From Gemmatimonadaceae bacterium (GTDB lineage Bacteria; Gemmatimonadota; Gemmatimonadetes; Gemmatimonadales; Gemmatimonadaceae): a DNA stretch of 57,436 bases. The stretch lies in contig JBGAJQ010000032.1 in assembly GCA_044224875.1 (NCBI GenBank), forward strand, positions 1 through 57,436, read 5' to 3'. Below are positions 42,581 to 53,949 of this stretch, piece after piece. Position 1 is the first letter of the stretch. Each line of letters opens with the position of its first letter. The notes beneath the pieces are model-generated. The model was given only the letters and a program-made list of their open reading frames with translations. It was not told where the DNA came from and made no database searches. The translations under genes and the position numbers were made by a program.

Positions 42581-44275
42581 CTAACGCTCGATGGTCTCCA
42601 GCCGGCGTTGCGCCAGCGCCAGGGGTACGAACGTCGAGAGCAGGCATACCGCCGCGGCTGCCGCAAGCCCGATCGCCAGCTCCGACGGGTCCACCGTTTC
42701 GGAGAATGTCCGTGCGCTCAAGTACGCGTAGACGGGTCGCGCCTCGAGCACGAGCACGGCGCCAATCACGGTGACGGCCGTCATCATGTAGAGGAGTCCG
42801 CCAAACGACGTCGGGATCTGGGCCGCGTTCTCGGACTCGAAGCGCGGATACAACGTCCCGAATCCAACCGCCAGCCCGGCCAGCGCAAACGTCAGCAAGG
42901 TGATGCTCCCGACGGAGACCGCAAACATGAACGGGCTCACCTTGAGCAAGGTGTTTGTCACGCCAACGATGCCCAGCGCGATCACCAGCAGGGGCAACGT
43001 GCCGACCCAGAACTTCGCCCACAGGAGCTGCCGCATGGACAGCGCGCTGGCGCGCAGCAGCCACCAGGTGCGTCCCTCCAGGCTCACCGCTGGAAACAGG
43101 AAACGCGCCGCGATGGACGCCAAGACAAAGCCAGCCAGCGCCAGGTTCAAGAAGGGGATCAGGTTCACGATGAAGAACGTGATGCCGTCGCCCGTCAGCG
43201 GCAGGAACTTGATGTTCACCACATAGACCGCGATCAACACCGCCAGCAAGATCAGCTGCGACCACTGGGTGGTGTCTCGGAAGAAGACGCGCAGCTCCTT
43301 CATGACCAGCTCACGGCGCTGCGTCCCCCACGGTCGCAACGCCCGCCCGACCGCGCGTGACAACATCCCCTCCTTCGCCCAGCGCTCGCCGCTTTCCTGC
43401 GCCTTGGTGAAGCCCTTGCCGTAGAGTTGCCAGTGCAGCATGCCCCCAAGCACGAGCAGTCCGGCCGCGGTGCTCCACAGCAGGTAGAGCGGCAGGGCAT
43501 CGAAGCGACCGGACAGGTAGCCCATCAGCGTACGTTGCAGCCACTCGCTCGGCAGGAACGGCGAGGTTGGACCGCGAAGCACCGTGATGAATTCGACCAG
43601 GGACTTGAACCCCTCCGGTCGCGCCAGCTGCTCCGGGCGGATGAGACGAAACAGCACCATCACTCCGCCAGCTGCAATGACGGCAATCACCGACAGGATG
43701 TCGCGGGTGCGCCGGGCGGGGAACACGTTCACCAACAGCAGGGTGACGGCGCTCCCGATCGCCGTCGGAATCACCGCAAACGGCAGGAACGCGGCAATCG
43801 CCAGTAATGCAAAGCCCACACCGCCATGAAAGGCCACGCCGTACGCCGTGATGAGCGGAAGGGCCATCAACGCCACCATCCAGCTCGAGTGCACCGCCGT
43901 CTCCACGACTTTGGCTGAGTACAGGGTGAGCCAGTCGACCGGCGCCGCGGCGAGCATGTCGAGGTCTCGCGCCAGGAAGAAGGATGACAGCGCCGTGATG
44001 ATGTTGGATAGCAGCAGGATCCCGGCGAAACTGACGAGGAGCAGGCCCATCAACTTGCCGGCGAGCAACGCGCCGATCTCCTCGACGCCGGCAAAGTACT
44101 TGAGCACGCGGTACAGGGCGCCAAAGGCAAAGCTCCAGAACAGCACGGCCACCACGCTCAGGAGCGCGATGCGTGCTCCGCGCCCCTTTTCCTCAGCGCT
44201 GGCGCGCGCCCTCGCCGTGAGCCACTTGGGCCACAGCAGGTGTCGCATCCCGACCGACGCCGCAGCGTTAGGCAT
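42581..44275 (-). CDS. ABC transporter permease (multi-TM exporter type)
   Basis: About 12-14 TM segments, KELRVFFRD and SLEGRTWWLL. Confidence 0.85.
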   Translation of the reverse strand: MPNAAASVGMRHLLWPKWLTARARASAEEKGRGARIALLSVVAVLFWSFAFGALYRVLKYFAGVEEIGALLAGKLMGLLLVSFAGILLLSNIITALSSFFLARDLDMLAAAPVDWLTLYSAKVVETAVHSSWMVALMALPLITAYGVAFHGGVGFALLAIAAFLPFAVIPTAIGSAVTLLLVNVFPARRTRDILSVIAVIAAGGVMVLFRLIRPEQLARPEGFKSLVEFITVLRGPTSPFLPSEWLQRTLMGYLSGRFDALPLYLLWSTAAGLLVLGGMLHWQLYGKGFTKAQESGERWAKEGMLSRAVGRALRPWGTQRRELVMKELRVFFRDTTQWSQLILLAVLIAVYVVNIKFLPLTGDGITFFIVNLIPFLNLALAGFVLASIAARFLFPAVSLEGRTWWLLRASALSMRQLLWAKFWVGTLPLLVIALGIVGVTNTLLKVSPFMFAVSVGSITLLTFALAGLAVGFGTLYPRFESENAAQIPTSFGGLLYMMTAVTVIGAVLVLEARPVYAYLSARTFSETVDPSELAIGLAAAAAVCLLSTFVPLALAQRRLETIER

Positions 44276-45026
44276 CCAGCACCTCGACCAGGCCGCGCGC
44301 GGCGTCCTCGCCCGTCAGTCGCAAGAAGATGTCTTCCAAACGGTCGTCGGGGTCCTGTGCATGGGCGCGCAAGTCCTCGATCGTCCCGCAGGCGCGGATC
44401 TTCCCCTGTTGAATGATGGCCACGCGGTCACAGAGGTGTTGCGCCACTTCGAGCGTATGGGTGGACATCATGATGGTGTGGCCACGCCGCGTGTACTCGC
44501 GAAACAGGTCCTTCAAGGTCCTGGCTGCCTTCGGGTCCAGCCCCACCATCGGCTCGTCCACGACGATCACCTCGGGGCGGTGCACGAAGGCGCTGGCTAT
44601 GATCAGCTTCTGCCGCATCCCGTGGCTGTAGCTCTCGACCAGTTCATCACGCCAGTCCTCCAGGTCAAACAGGGCGAGCAGCTCGCGGGCCCGGTGGTCA
44701 ACCTCGCTCCCTTCCTGCTGGAACAGTCCAGCCACGAAGCGGAGGAATTCCATGCCCGTCAGCTTCTCGTAGATGAACGGCCGGTCGGGGATGAAGCCCA
44801 GCTTGGCCTTCGCGAGCAGCGGCTGCCCCGCCAGGTCAATACCGGCGATGCGGATCCGCCCCGACGTCGGCCGCAGGATGCCGGCAATCATGCGCAACGT
44901 CGTGGTCTTGCCGGCCCCGTTCGGGCCAAGAAATCCAAAGAGCTCGCCCCGTTCCACGTGGAGGTCGATCCCGTCCACGGCGGTGAAGCTTCCGTACTTC
45001 TTGGTGAGTTGTTGCAGCTCGATCAT
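44268..45026 (-). CDS. ABC transporter ATP-binding protein
   Basis: GPNGAGKT, YSHGMRQK, VVDEP and STH. Confidence 0.95.
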   Translation of the reverse strand: MIELQQLTKKYGSFTAVDGIDLHVERGELFGFLGPNGAGKTTTLRMIAGILRPTSGRIRIAGIDLAGQPLLAKAKLGFIPDRPFIYEKLTGMEFLRFVAGLFQQEGSEVDHRARELLALFDLEDWRDELVESYSHGMRQKLIIASAFVHRPEVIVVDEPMVGLDPKAARTLKDLFREYTRRGHTIMMSTHTLEVAQHLCDRVAIIQQGKIRACGTIEDLRAHAQDPDDRLEDIFLRLTGEDAARGLVEVLDA

Positions 45027-45038
45027 GGGAGGGTCGGG

Positions 45039-46604
45039 TTACGGCTGGTCGGGAACGCGTAGGACGCGCAGCCCCGAAATGGCACGTTGGAAGTCGTCAA
45101 ACGCTGGTGCGCCGTCCGCCAGGAAGCGCACATGGTTCGGGCTGGCGGGGAACTCATTGAACACCGGGTCAACGGGCACCCAGCCCTGAAGGAGCACTTC
45201 AGCCCACGCGTGGGGATATGCGTGGTTCCCCACCACCAGCACGCCCACCACGCTGCGGACCGGGAGCCCCAAGGCGCGCCCAAGGGCGGTGAAGAGTTCG
45301 GCATGTGCCGCCACGTCCCCGTGGCGCTCGCGTAGCAGCTGCAGGGCGCTCGGCGTGCCCCGTGTGGCGCCACGGGAAAGCGAGTCGCGCATCCAGCCCA
45401 GGAGGCGACGAGTCGCTTGGGCTGGGTCCGATTCGCGGCCGGCGATGCGACGCGCGGCCGTCACCATCGCCGGAGCATCGGACTCGACAAACGGGGAGGC
45501 GACGAGCGACGACGCGTATCGCTGTCGCACGGTGCCGTCTGGTGGCAGGGGGAAGCTCGGTCGCAGTCGCTCCGGTGCGACGGGGTCGATATGAACGGTG
45601 TCCCCCGATCGCGACTGGCCGTATCCCGTCAGGTCAAACGCAGCGAGGGGGACGCCAGCAAGCACCACGCGCTGGGCGGCACGCCGGCTGGTGTCTGGCG
45701 ATACGCCGGCCTCAATCACGGAGGCCGACTCCACGTTTCCACTGCGCGTCCCAGCCGATGAGGCAGCGCGCGGCCGCAGCAGGCGCCAGTTCTCGAACGC
45801 AATCTCGTAGGCCGTTCGCTTGAGCGTGAGCCCATCCCGCGACACCCAGGCGACGGAGGTCCCCAGTCCATCCACCCATCGATCGGGCCCCAGCACGTCG
45901 GGTCCATGCAACCGCCACGCTCGTACGGTGTCGACGTGGGCGGCAATCCACTTCGCGCGAGAGGCGTCGTAGACGGCGCTATCCGCCAGCACAAACGTGG
46001 ACTCGGCCGTTACCGCGACGGTTCCGGAACGCGGCTGTCCGGTCTCGGGGTCGAACAGCGCGAGCGTCTGACTGAATCCGGTGTGTAGGGGCGAGGCGCC
46101 TAACGCAACCACCAGTGGCACCAGGGAAGGGAGAAGGACACCGGTGGGAACGCGCACCGTTTGTGTGTCAGGCGGTGCGTTCGAGGCGATGCGAGTGTAC
46201 GTCAACGTTGAATCGTCGGCCAACGACCCCGTGACACGCTCGGTCGCGCTGTCCCTGTTCCACGTGATGCTGAACTCGCGTAGCGCGAGACTCCGCGTCA
46301 AGCGGATCACGGACTGGGTGCTGATTCGCTGCGACCCGTGCGGCGACGGTGCATCCGCCACCTGGTATTCGGTGAGCTGGAGGGTCCGGGCGAGCGTATC
46401 GATGGTGGACGAGGTGAATCCGACGTGGGCGCCATCGCGTTCCGCGGTGAAGTAGCGAGCGCCGGGCGCGACGCGAAGCGACATCTCCGCCATTCGGTCG
46501 TGCAACGTACGGTTCCGTTCTTTCCGTGCGAACGCGACGATACCCACGCTCCAAGCGAGGAGAACGCTTCCGGCAGCAATCGTGCGCGTATTGAGAACAG
46601 GCAT
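45039..46604 (-). CDS. Membrane-anchored transglutaminase-like domain protein
   Basis: HAELFTALGRALGLP, HAWAEV and WVPVDP; expected catalytic Cys is Val; ATG at 46604. Confidence 0.82.
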   Translation of the reverse strand: MPVLNTRTIAAGSVLLAWSVGIVAFARKERNRTLHDRMAEMSLRVAPGARYFTAERDGAHVGFTSSTIDTLARTLQLTEYQVADAPSPHGSQRISTQSVIRLTRSLALREFSITWNRDSATERVTGSLADDSTLTYTRIASNAPPDTQTVRVPTGVLLPSLVPLVVALGASPLHTGFSQTLALFDPETGQPRSGTVAVTAESTFVLADSAVYDASRAKWIAAHVDTVRAWRLHGPDVLGPDRWVDGLGTSVAWVSRDGLTLKRTAYEIAFENWRLLRPRAASSAGTRSGNVESASVIEAGVSPDTSRRAAQRVVLAGVPLAAFDLTGYGQSRSGDTVHIDPVAPERLRPSFPLPPDGTVRQRYASSLVASPFVESDAPAMVTAARRIAGRESDPAQATRRLLGWMRDSLSRGATRGTPSALQLLRERHGDVAAHAELFTALGRALGLPVRSVVGVLVVGNHAYPHAWAEVLLQGWVPVDPVFNEFPASPNHVRFLADGAPAFDDFQRAISGLRVLRVPDQP

Positions 46605-46906
46605 GTCCAAATGACGACAAAGCTGGGGGCGCAGGGACGAAGCCGGGTCCTCTAAATCGGGCGCCGGCATTCCCTTACGGGACCGTCCAACTCCGCCCGA
46701 GGTCACAGCTTCGCAAGTCACGGTGTGGCAGTCGATTGCGTCCACCACACCGGACGTGCCGGCGCCTAGTCCAAACGCCAGCTCCGCACCCGTCGCGACA
46801 ACCGGCTGCCCCAAAGCGTCCGCACCGAGCTGGCACGCTCTGGTGTCCCCCTCGTGCGTAACCAGAGTGGCCGGGTTGAAGCGAATCGGCCCGTCGGCGA
46901 CCTTTT

Positions 46907-49792
46907 ATGGCTATGTCTGATGAGACTTTGGTGGTCCGCGGAGCACGGGAGCATAACCTCCGCAACATTGACGTTGTTCTTCCCCGGAACCGGCTGACGG
47001 TCGTCACCGGACTCTCTGGTTCCGGGAAGTCGTCGCTCGCGTTCGACACCATCTACGCCGAAGGACAGCGGCGCTACGTCGAGTCGTTGTCGGCATATGC
47101 TCGTCAGTTTCTGGGCTTGATGGAGAAGCCCGATGTCGACTCGATCGAGGGACTCTCCCCGGCGATCTCCATCGAGCAGAAGTCAGCGGGTCACAACCCG
47201 CGTTCGACCGTGGGGACGGTCACCGAGGTGTACGACTACCTGCGACTCCTCTACGCACGCGCCGGCACCCCGCATTGCGCAACGTGTGGACGTCCGGTGG
47301 AGCGCCAGAGTCCGGGTCAGATTGCCGACGCGATACTCGCGTGGCCAGCGGCGACGCGCATCGAGGTGCTGGCGCCGCTGGTGCGCGGACGAAAAGGGGA
47401 GTTTCGCGACCTGTTCGAGTCGGCGCGGAAGCAGGGGTTCATTCGCGCCATGGTGGATGGGCAACTGGTTGAGCTGGCGGATCCGCCCAAGCTCAACAAG
47501 CGGCTGAACCACGACGTCTCGATCGTCGTGGATCGGCTGGTCGTGCGGAAGGAAGATCGCGGGCGCCTTACCGACTCGATTGAGACAGCTTTGAAGCTGG
47601 CGGACGGGTTGATCGAGGTTACCCGCCACGACGCGTCCAAGCCGACGACGCATCTCTTTTCCGAACGCTACGGATGCCCGGTGTGCGGGACATCGCTGCC
47701 CGAGTTGGAGCCCCGGCACTTTTCCTTCAACTCACCGTTCGGGGCGTGTCCGGCCTGCAGCGGCCTCGGGACCCGACGCGAGGTCAGCGAGGACCTCATT
47801 CTCGGTGACCCCAGCATTTCGATTCTCGAGGGCGTGATCCTGCCGTGGGGCGAGCCGGATGGGTACTTGCGCCGCGTCATTCTCCCCGGTCTGGCGAAAC
47901 AGCTCGGGTTTGAGCTGAACACCGCCTGGAAGGACCTGCCCCGCAAGGTCCGCGACGCCTTGTTGTACGGATCCGGTGCCGCCTCCCCGAAGGCCGAGAA
48001 GGGTGCCGGACGCAAGGGTGCCCGCCGGAGCTCCGGCTCGGACACCCTCAGTTGGGACGGCGTCCTCGTGACGGTGCAGCGGCGCTACGAGGAGACGGAT
48101 TCGGATGCCCTGCGGATGGAGCTGGCGGAGTTCATGGTGGTGCGTCCCTGCGCCGCCTGCGCTGGGCGCCGGCTCAAGCCGGAATCCCTGGCGGTCACGA
48201 TCCGCGACCGCAACATCGGTGAGTTGGTCGAGTGGTCGGTGATGGAGGCGCTCGAGTTCTTCGACACGCTGCCGCTCCGGCGGAATGGATCGCCCGGCCT
48301 GGACCCGGAGATCGCCGGGCCCATCCTGAAGGAAGTCCGTGAGCGCCTGCGGTTTCTCGTGGACGTCGGTCTCGACTACCTCACGTTAGGCCGTTCAGCG
48401 GAATCGCTGTCCGGTGGTGAGGCGCAGCGCATCCGGCTGGCCACCCAGATCGGGTCACGCCTGGTTGGCGTGCTGTACATCCTGGATGAGCCGTCCATCG
48501 GCTTGCACCAGCGGGACAACGCACGGCTGCTCCGCACGCTGGAGCACCTGCGCGACCTGGGCAACACGGTCATCGTCGTGGAGCACGACGAAGAGACGAT
48601 TCGCGCCGCCGATCACGTGGTCGACCTTGGTCCTGGCGCCGGCAAGCACGGTGGCGAAGTCATTGCCGAAGGGACCATCGCCGAGATTCTTGCCGCGCCT
48701 CGATCGCTCACTGGCCAGTACCTGTCGGGCGCCAGGGAAGTACCGCTCCCCGCGGCCCGCCGCGCGATAGACCATGGGCGGGCCATTCGCGTGCACGGAG
48801 CGCGCGAGCACAACCTGCAGGACCTGACGGTGGAGTTCCCGTTAGGCGCCTTTGTTGCGGTGACGGGTGTCTCGGGCTCGGGCAAGTCGACCCTGGTGGA
48901 AGACATCCTCCATCGGGCCCTCGCGCGCCACTTCTACCGGGCCCGCGTGATCCCCGGACAGCATCAACGCATCACCGGGCTGGAGCACATCGACAAGGTC
49001 ATCGACATTGACCAGAGCCCCATCGGTCGCACGCCGCGGTCGAACCCCGCGACGTATACCGGCCTCTTCACGCCGATCCGTGAGCTCTTCGCCGAGCATC
49101 CGGAAGCCAAGATCCGTGGGTATGGCCCGGGGCGTTTCTCGTTCAACGTGAAGGGCGGGCGCTGCGAGGCATGCGAGGGGGACGGCCTCGTCAAGATCGA
49201 GATGCACTTTCTCCCCGACGTCTACGTCCCGTGCGAGGTGTGCAAGGGGAAGCGCTACAATCGCGAGACGCTGGAGGTTCGTTTTCGCGGGCTGAACATC
49301 GCCGATGTATTGGAGCTGACGGTCGAGGATGCGTTGGCGTTTTTCGAGCACCAGCCGCGCATTCGACAGAAACTGGAAACCCTGTCCGACGTCGGACTGG
49401 GGTACATCCACCTGGGCCAGAGTGCCACCACGCTGTCCGGTGGCGAGGCCCAGCGGGTGAAGCTGGCCTCCGAGTTGTCCAAGCGCGATACCGGCCGCAC
49501 CCTGTATATCCTCGATGAACCAACGACCGGCTTGCATTTCGAGGACGTTCGGTTGCTGCTGTCGGTGCTGCACCGGTTGGTGGACCGCGGGAACACCGTC
49601 CTCGTCATCGAGCACAACCTGGACGTGATCAAGACGGCGGATTGGATCGTGGACCTTGGCCCCGAAGGTGGTTCGCGCGGGGGACAGGTGGTGGCGGCGG
49701 GGACGCCGGAACAGGTCGCCGCCGTTCGTGGAAGTCACACGGGGGCCTACCTTGCCCCGTTGCTATCGAAGCGTCGGCTCGCCAAGGTCTAG
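46907..49792 (+). CDS. uvrA: Excinuclease ABC subunit A
   Basis: GAREHNL, two Walker A motifs ([16 protein letters not shown]), two LSGGEAQR signatures and zinc fingers. Confidence 0.98.
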   Translation: MAMSDETLVVRGAREHNLRNIDVVLPRNRLTVVTGLSGSGKSSLAFDTIYAEGQRRYVESLSAYARQFLGLMEKPDVDSIEGLSPAISIEQKSAGHNPRSTVGTVTEVYDYLRLLYARAGTPHCATCGRPVERQSPGQIADAILAWPAATRIEVLAPLVRGRKGEFRDLFESARKQGFIRAMVDGQLVELADPPKLNKRLNHDVSIVVDRLVVRKEDRGRLTDSIETALKLADGLIEVTRHDASKPTTHLFSERYGCPVCGTSLPELEPRHFSFNSPFGACPACSGLGTRREVSEDLILGDPSISILEGVILPWGEPDGYLRRVILPGLAKQLGFELNTAWKDLPRKVRDALLYGSGAASPKAEKGAGRKGARRSSGSDTLSWDGVLVTVQRRYEETDSDALRMELAEFMVVRPCAACAGRRLKPESLAVTIRDRNIGELVEWSVMEALEFFDTLPLRRNGSPGLDPEIAGPILKEVRERLRFLVDVGLDYLTLGRSAESLSGGEAQRIRLATQIGSRLVGVLYILDEPSIGLHQRDNARLLRTLEHLRDLGNTVIVVEHDEETIRAADHVVDLGPGAGKHGGEVIAEGTIAEILAAPRSLTGQYLSGAREVPLPAARRAIDHGRAIRVHGAREHNLQDLTVEFPLGAFVAVTGVSGSGKSTLVEDILHRALARHFYRARVIPGQHQRITGLEHIDKVIDIDQSPIGRTPRSNPATYTGLFTPIRELFAEHPEAKIRGYGPGRFSFNVKGGRCEACEGDGLVKIEMHFLPDVYVPCEVCKGKRYNRETLEVRFRGLNIADVLELTVEDALAFFEHQPRIRQKLETLSDVGLGYIHLGQSATTLSGGEAQRVKLASELSKRDTGRTLYILDEPTTGLHFEDVRLLLSVLHRLVDRGNTVLVIEHNLDVIKTADWIVDLGPEGGSRGGQVVAAGTPEQVAAVRGSHTGAYLAPLLSKRRLAKV

Positions 49793-49824
49793 CAGCGGCG
49801 ATTCACCTGTCTGGAGGACGACAC

Positions 49825-50493
49825 GTGGTTTCGATCCTCGATATCATTGGTCCGGTCATGGTCGGCCCGTCGTCCTCGCACACGGCGGGGGCATGTCGCA
49901 TCGGCTTGCTGGCGCGCGCCCTCGTTGGCGGAACACCGCAAGCGGCCGTGTTGGAGCTGCATGGCTCGTTCGCCCGCACGGGGGAAGGGCACGGGACAGA
50001 CAAGGCGCTGGCTGGCGGCCTACTGGGATTCCGGCCGGACGACGTGCGCATCCGCGATGCCCTGGCAATCGCCGAACAGGAAGGATTGGCGTTTCGGTTC
50101 GACAAGACCACGCTCGACGACGACGCGCACCCGAATTCGGTGCGGCTCACCCTCGAACGTGGCGACCGGCGGGCCACCACGATCGGCGAGTCGTTAGGTG
50201 CCGGACGCGTGCGACTCCGCGAGATCGATGGGTATCCGGTGGACGTCACCGGGTCGTTTCACACCTTGGTGCTCACGGCCGAGGACCGACCCGGTTCCAT
50301 CGCCCGCATCGCTGGCGTACTGGCCGACGATGACATCAACATCGCCACACTCCGTCTTTCTCGGCGAGCCCGCGGCGAGGACGCCTTCATGGTGATCGAG
50401 TGCGATCACGCCATTGCCGAGTCGGTCGGCGATGACTTGCGGGCCCTGGAGTGGGTGCACTGGGTGCGGCTCCTGCCCAAAGTCAGCGCCTAA
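49825..50493 (+). CDS. sdaAB: L-serine dehydratase beta subunit with ACT domain
   Basis: IIGPVMVGPSSSHTAGA, GHGTD and HPNS; GGAGG RBS with GTG 49825. Confidence 0.93.
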   Translation: MVSILDIIGPVMVGPSSSHTAGACRIGLLARALVGGTPQAAVLELHGSFARTGEGHGTDKALAGGLLGFRPDDVRIRDALAIAEQEGLAFRFDKTTLDDDAHPNSVRLTLERGDRRATTIGESLGAGRVRLREIDGYPVDVTGSFHTLVLTAEDRPGSIARIAGVLADDDINIATLRLSRRARGEDAFMVIECDHAIAESVGDDLRALEWVHWVRLLPKVSA

Positions 50494-50502
50494 CGAACGC
50501 CC

Positions 50503-51381
50503 ATGTACCGATCGCTTGCTGACGCCATCGCCGACGCCACGGCCGCGCGGACCTCCCTGGCCGCGGTTGCGCTGCAGGCCGAGGCGCGCGACCAAGGTCG
50601 TCCGGTTTCTGAGATTCGCGACGCGCTCGCTCGGGCCCTGCACGTCATGCGCGATGCGGTCGAGCAAGGGCTGACGGGAGCGCATCGGTCGCCGTCGGGA
50701 TTGGTGGGCGGCGACGCAGCCAAACTGGCGCGTGGCCCTGAAGGCCCTCTTTCCGGCACACCATTCCGCGACGTGTTGGCGCGAGCACTCGCGGTTCAGG
50801 AGATCAACGCGGCCATGGGCGTGATCGTCGCGGCACCTACCGCCGGGGGAGCCGGAGTGCTCCCCGCCGTGCTCACGGGGCTCGCCACGGCACGACGCAT
50901 CGACGATGACCGAATCGTCGATGCGCTGGCTGTCGCCGGGCTCATTGGCGCAGTCATCGCGGACCGAGCGTCGCTGTCGGGCGCAGAGGGAGGATGTCAG
51001 GCAGAAACGGGTGCGGCCGCGGGAATGGCCGCGGGGGCAGCCACGGAAATGCTCGGCGGGTCGCCGGCGCAGGTGGGCCATGCAATCGCGCTGGCGCAGC
51101 AGGGGACGCTCGGCTTGGTCTGCGACCCACTCGGCGGACTCGTCGAGCTTCCGTGCGTCTTTCGGAATGCGACCGGAGCGGCGATTGCGCTGGCGGCGAT
51201 CGAAATGGCGCTGGCCGGCGTGACGTTTGCGATCCCGGTCGACGAGGTGATCGACGTCATGGGCGAGATCGGACGATCAATGGATGTGCGCTATCGCGAA
51301 ACCGCCGGGGGAGGCCTCGCCGCCACTCCGACGGGCCGCCGACTCACTCGCGAACGGCTCGTGCAGATCAAGCGAAGTTAG
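50503..51381 (+). CDS. sdaAA: L-serine dehydratase alpha subunit (Fe-S)
   Basis: APTAG, GAEGGCQAE, GLVCDP, VELPC and RETAGGGLA. Confidence 0.95.
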   Translation: MYRSLADAIADATAARTSLAAVALQAEARDQGRPVSEIRDALARALHVMRDAVEQGLTGAHRSPSGLVGGDAAKLARGPEGPLSGTPFRDVLARALAVQEINAAMGVIVAAPTAGGAGVLPAVLTGLATARRIDDDRIVDALAVAGLIGAVIADRASLSGAEGGCQAETGAAAGMAAGAATEMLGGSPAQVGHAIALAQQGTLGLVCDPLGGLVELPCVFRNATGAAIALAAIEMALAGVTFAIPVDEVIDVMGEIGRSMDVRYRETAGGGLAATPTGRRLTRERLVQIKRS

Positions 51382-51504
51382 GCTCATCGCGCTGTTGCCT
51401 TGGTTCGGCGGAAGGTATTATCCGAGCGTGGCTTCCGTGGTTGCGATGAAACCACGCCTACCCAACGCCGTATGGCGAGTACGACCTCTTGCTGCAGGGA
51501 ACTC

Positions 51505-51900
51505 ATGGTCACCAAAGAAGATCTCGAGTCGTTTCTCGATCGACTGGGCATCTCGTACAAGGAAGTAGAGCCGGGCCTGTGGGTGGTTCACCCTGAAGGC
51601 GCGCTCGATACAGACATTGTCGTTCACTACAGCCCGCCGGTTGTGGTGTTGCGCCTTAAGGTGATGGACGTCCCGGAGAAGAACGGAAAGGGAGCCGCGC
51701 TCAATCGGCGGTTGCTCGAGTTGAATGCCTCCGACCTCGTTCATGGCTCGTACGGCATCAGTGGTGGCGCCGTCGTTCTCACCGAGGCACTGGAACTGTC
51801 GCACCTGGACTTCGAAGAATTTCTGGCAAGTTACGAGAGCATGACGCTGGCGCTCGCGACTCATTTGCGTGAACTGGCGTCGTACCGAGAGGAACGCTGA
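51505..51900 (+). CDS. CesT/YbjN-like (type III secretion chaperone fold) protein
   Basis: RRLLELNASDLVHGSYG and LDFEEF; acidic, ~131 aa; ATG at 51505. Confidence 0.75.
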   Translation: MVTKEDLESFLDRLGISYKEVEPGLWVVHPEGALDTDIVVHYSPPVVVLRLKVMDVPEKNGKGAALNRRLLELNASDLVHGSYGISGGAVVLTEALELSHLDFEEFLASYESMTLALATHLRELASYREER

Positions 51901-51902
51901 GC

Positions 51903-52682
51903 ATGGGCATCTTTGATCGCCTCGCGACGCTCATCAAGTCGAATCTGAACGATCTCATCTCCTCCGCCGAAAACCCGGAGAAGATGCTGAATCAGATCAT
52001 CGTCGACATGCGCGACCAGCTGGTGAAGGCGAAACAGCAGGTGGCCGCGGCCATCGCCGACGAAAAGCGTTTGCGCGACCAGGCGGACGCAGAATACAAG
52101 CAAGCGCAGGACTGGGAGCAAAAGGCCATGCTCGCCATCAAGGAGGGTCGCGACGATCTGGCGAAGCAGGCACTGGTCCGCCAGAGCGAGCATGCCTCGC
52201 ACGGCGCGCAGCTCGAACAAACTTGGGCCTCCCATCAGGCGGAGACCGAGAAGCTGAAGGCGTCGTTGCGCGACCTGAACGACAAGATCGAAGAAGCGAA
52301 GCGCAAGAAGAACCTGTTGCTGGCGCGACAACGCCGGGCTCAGGCACAGAAGCGCATCAGCGAGACGATGTCGTCGATCTCCGAAAAGTCCGCATTCGAA
52401 GCGTTTGCGCGAATGGAAGAGAAGATCACGCAGAACGAGCGCATGATCAAAGCGTCTTCCGAGATCGACGAAGAGATGACCGGCGATCGACTGCAGCACG
52501 ACTTCAAGCAGCTGGAGAAAGTGGCTGGCGCTGCCAGCGCCGAGTCGCAGCTGCTGGCGCTCAAGCAGAAGATGGGTCTGTTGCCGAGCGGTTCTCCGGT
52601 CCAGCCACGACAGATTGGAGCTGGCGGGAAGGCCGAGGAAGCCGTCCATGACGCCGACGTGGAAGTCCACGACGAAAAGTAG
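51903..52682 (+). CDS. pspA: PspA/IM30-family protein
   Basis: MGIFDRL, AENPEKML, coiled coils and AFARMEEKI. Confidence 0.93.
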   Translation: MGIFDRLATLIKSNLNDLISSAENPEKMLNQIIVDMRDQLVKAKQQVAAAIADEKRLRDQADAEYKQAQDWEQKAMLAIKEGRDDLAKQALVRQSEHASHGAQLEQTWASHQAETEKLKASLRDLNDKIEEAKRKKNLLLARQRRAQAQKRISETMSSISEKSAFEAFARMEEKITQNERMIKASSEIDEEMTGDRLQHDFKQLEKVAGAASAESQLLALKQKMGLLPSGSPVQPRQIGAGGKAEEAVHDADVEVHDEK

Positions 52683-52688
52683 GACGGT

Positions 52689-53879
52689 TTGAGCGAGTCG
52701 ACTGAACCGCGATTTCGCAGCGGCACCTTCCTTGCCGCTGCGGTCGCGACCGTTCTGCTGCTGTGGCTTCTGGGCAAGGTCGCGGACGTCCTGCTCCTGC
52801 TGTTCGTGGCGTGTCTGCTGGCCTTGTACCTGTCGGCGGTCACCGATGCGCTGGTTGCTCGGGCGCGGCTCCCACGGGGTATCGCGTTCGCCATCGCGTT
52901 GCTGGGGACCCTAACGGCTGTCTTCACGCTCGGCGCCTTGCTGGTCCCCCCCGTCATCGAGCAAACGCGCCAACTCATCGGCGTACTCCCCGACTACATC
53001 AAGGCCTGGCAGGGTGGCCTCGCGCGACTCACGGAACGCTACCCCGTGATCCGCGGGGCTCTCCCCGATTCCACCGAAATCATCGGCCAGATCGTCTCGC
53101 AACTCGAGGGGGCGATCGGGTCCGTGTTGCCGCGTGTTGTATCTGTCGGTCACCAGCTGGTGAACCTGGTGTCGATCCTCGTCATGGGGATCTACCTGTC
53201 GCTTCACCCCAGCTTGTACCGTGAGTGGCTGATCGCCCTGTTTCCGCCGATTCACCGCGACCTCACGCGGGACGTCCTGAGCGACGCCGCGAACACGCTC
53301 CGCTCGTGGATCACGGCCCAGCTGCTCGCCATGACGTTGTTAGGCATGCTGACAGCCATCGGGCTCTCCATCCTGAAGGTACCATACGCCCTGACGTTCG
53401 GCGTCTTCACCGGTGCCGTGGTCATCATCCCGTTTTTTGGCACGCTGATCGGGACGCTGCTCCCGGCATTGTTCGTCCTTGGTGGCACCGGGTACGCCGG
53501 ATTGGGGCCGGGCGGCCACTTCATCCTCGTTATCCTCCTCGGCGTTCTGCTCCACATCATCGAGGGGAACATCGTGGTTCCGTTGATCACGTCAAAGCGG
53601 CTGGAGATTCCGCCGGTCCTCAGCATGCTGGCGGTGCTCATGGTCGGCCGTCTGCTGGGACTCGGGGGCATCATCGTCTCCGTGCCCCTGCTCGCGGTCA
53701 CCTTGGTGATCGTTCGACGAGTCCTGATTCATCGAGTCTACGAAGGACAGAACTTCCGACGCGCTGGACGCGATCGCGTCTTGTTGTTGCGCGTGCCGGC
53801 GCCAGATGCATCAGCGCTCCACCCCGACGCACCGGTCGACGTCATCCGCGCCACGCGACCCACCGCCACAACGGCCTGA
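52689..53879 (+). CDS. AI-2E-family transporter
   Basis: Multi-TM; IIPFFG, IEGNIVVP and GIIVSVPL. Confidence 0.88.
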   Translation: MSESTEPRFRSGTFLAAAVATVLLLWLLGKVADVLLLLFVACLLALYLSAVTDALVARARLPRGIAFAIALLGTLTAVFTLGALLVPPVIEQTRQLIGVLPDYIKAWQGGLARLTERYPVIRGALPDSTEIIGQIVSQLEGAIGSVLPRVVSVGHQLVNLVSILVMGIYLSLHPSLYREWLIALFPPIHRDLTRDVLSDAANTLRSWITAQLLAMTLLGMLTAIGLSILKVPYALTFGVFTGAVVIIPFFGTLIGTLLPALFVLGGTGYAGLGPGGHFILVILLGVLLHIIEGNIVVPLITSKRLEIPPVLSMLAVLMVGRLLGLGGIIVSVPLLAVTLVIVRRVLIHRVYEGQNFRRAGRDRVLLLRVPAPDASALHPDAPVDVIRATRPTATTA

Positions 53880-53949
53880 CGCACCGTTTCGGTACGGTGC
53901 GCGTGAGAACGATGACGGACCAATGGTCCGTCCATACAGATTGGGCGCC

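Noticed and set aside
51428..51445. Possible sigma54 -24/-12 promoter for the pspA operon (tggcttccgtggttgc)
   Set aside because: The GG-to-GC spacing is 11 nt rather than the strict 10.
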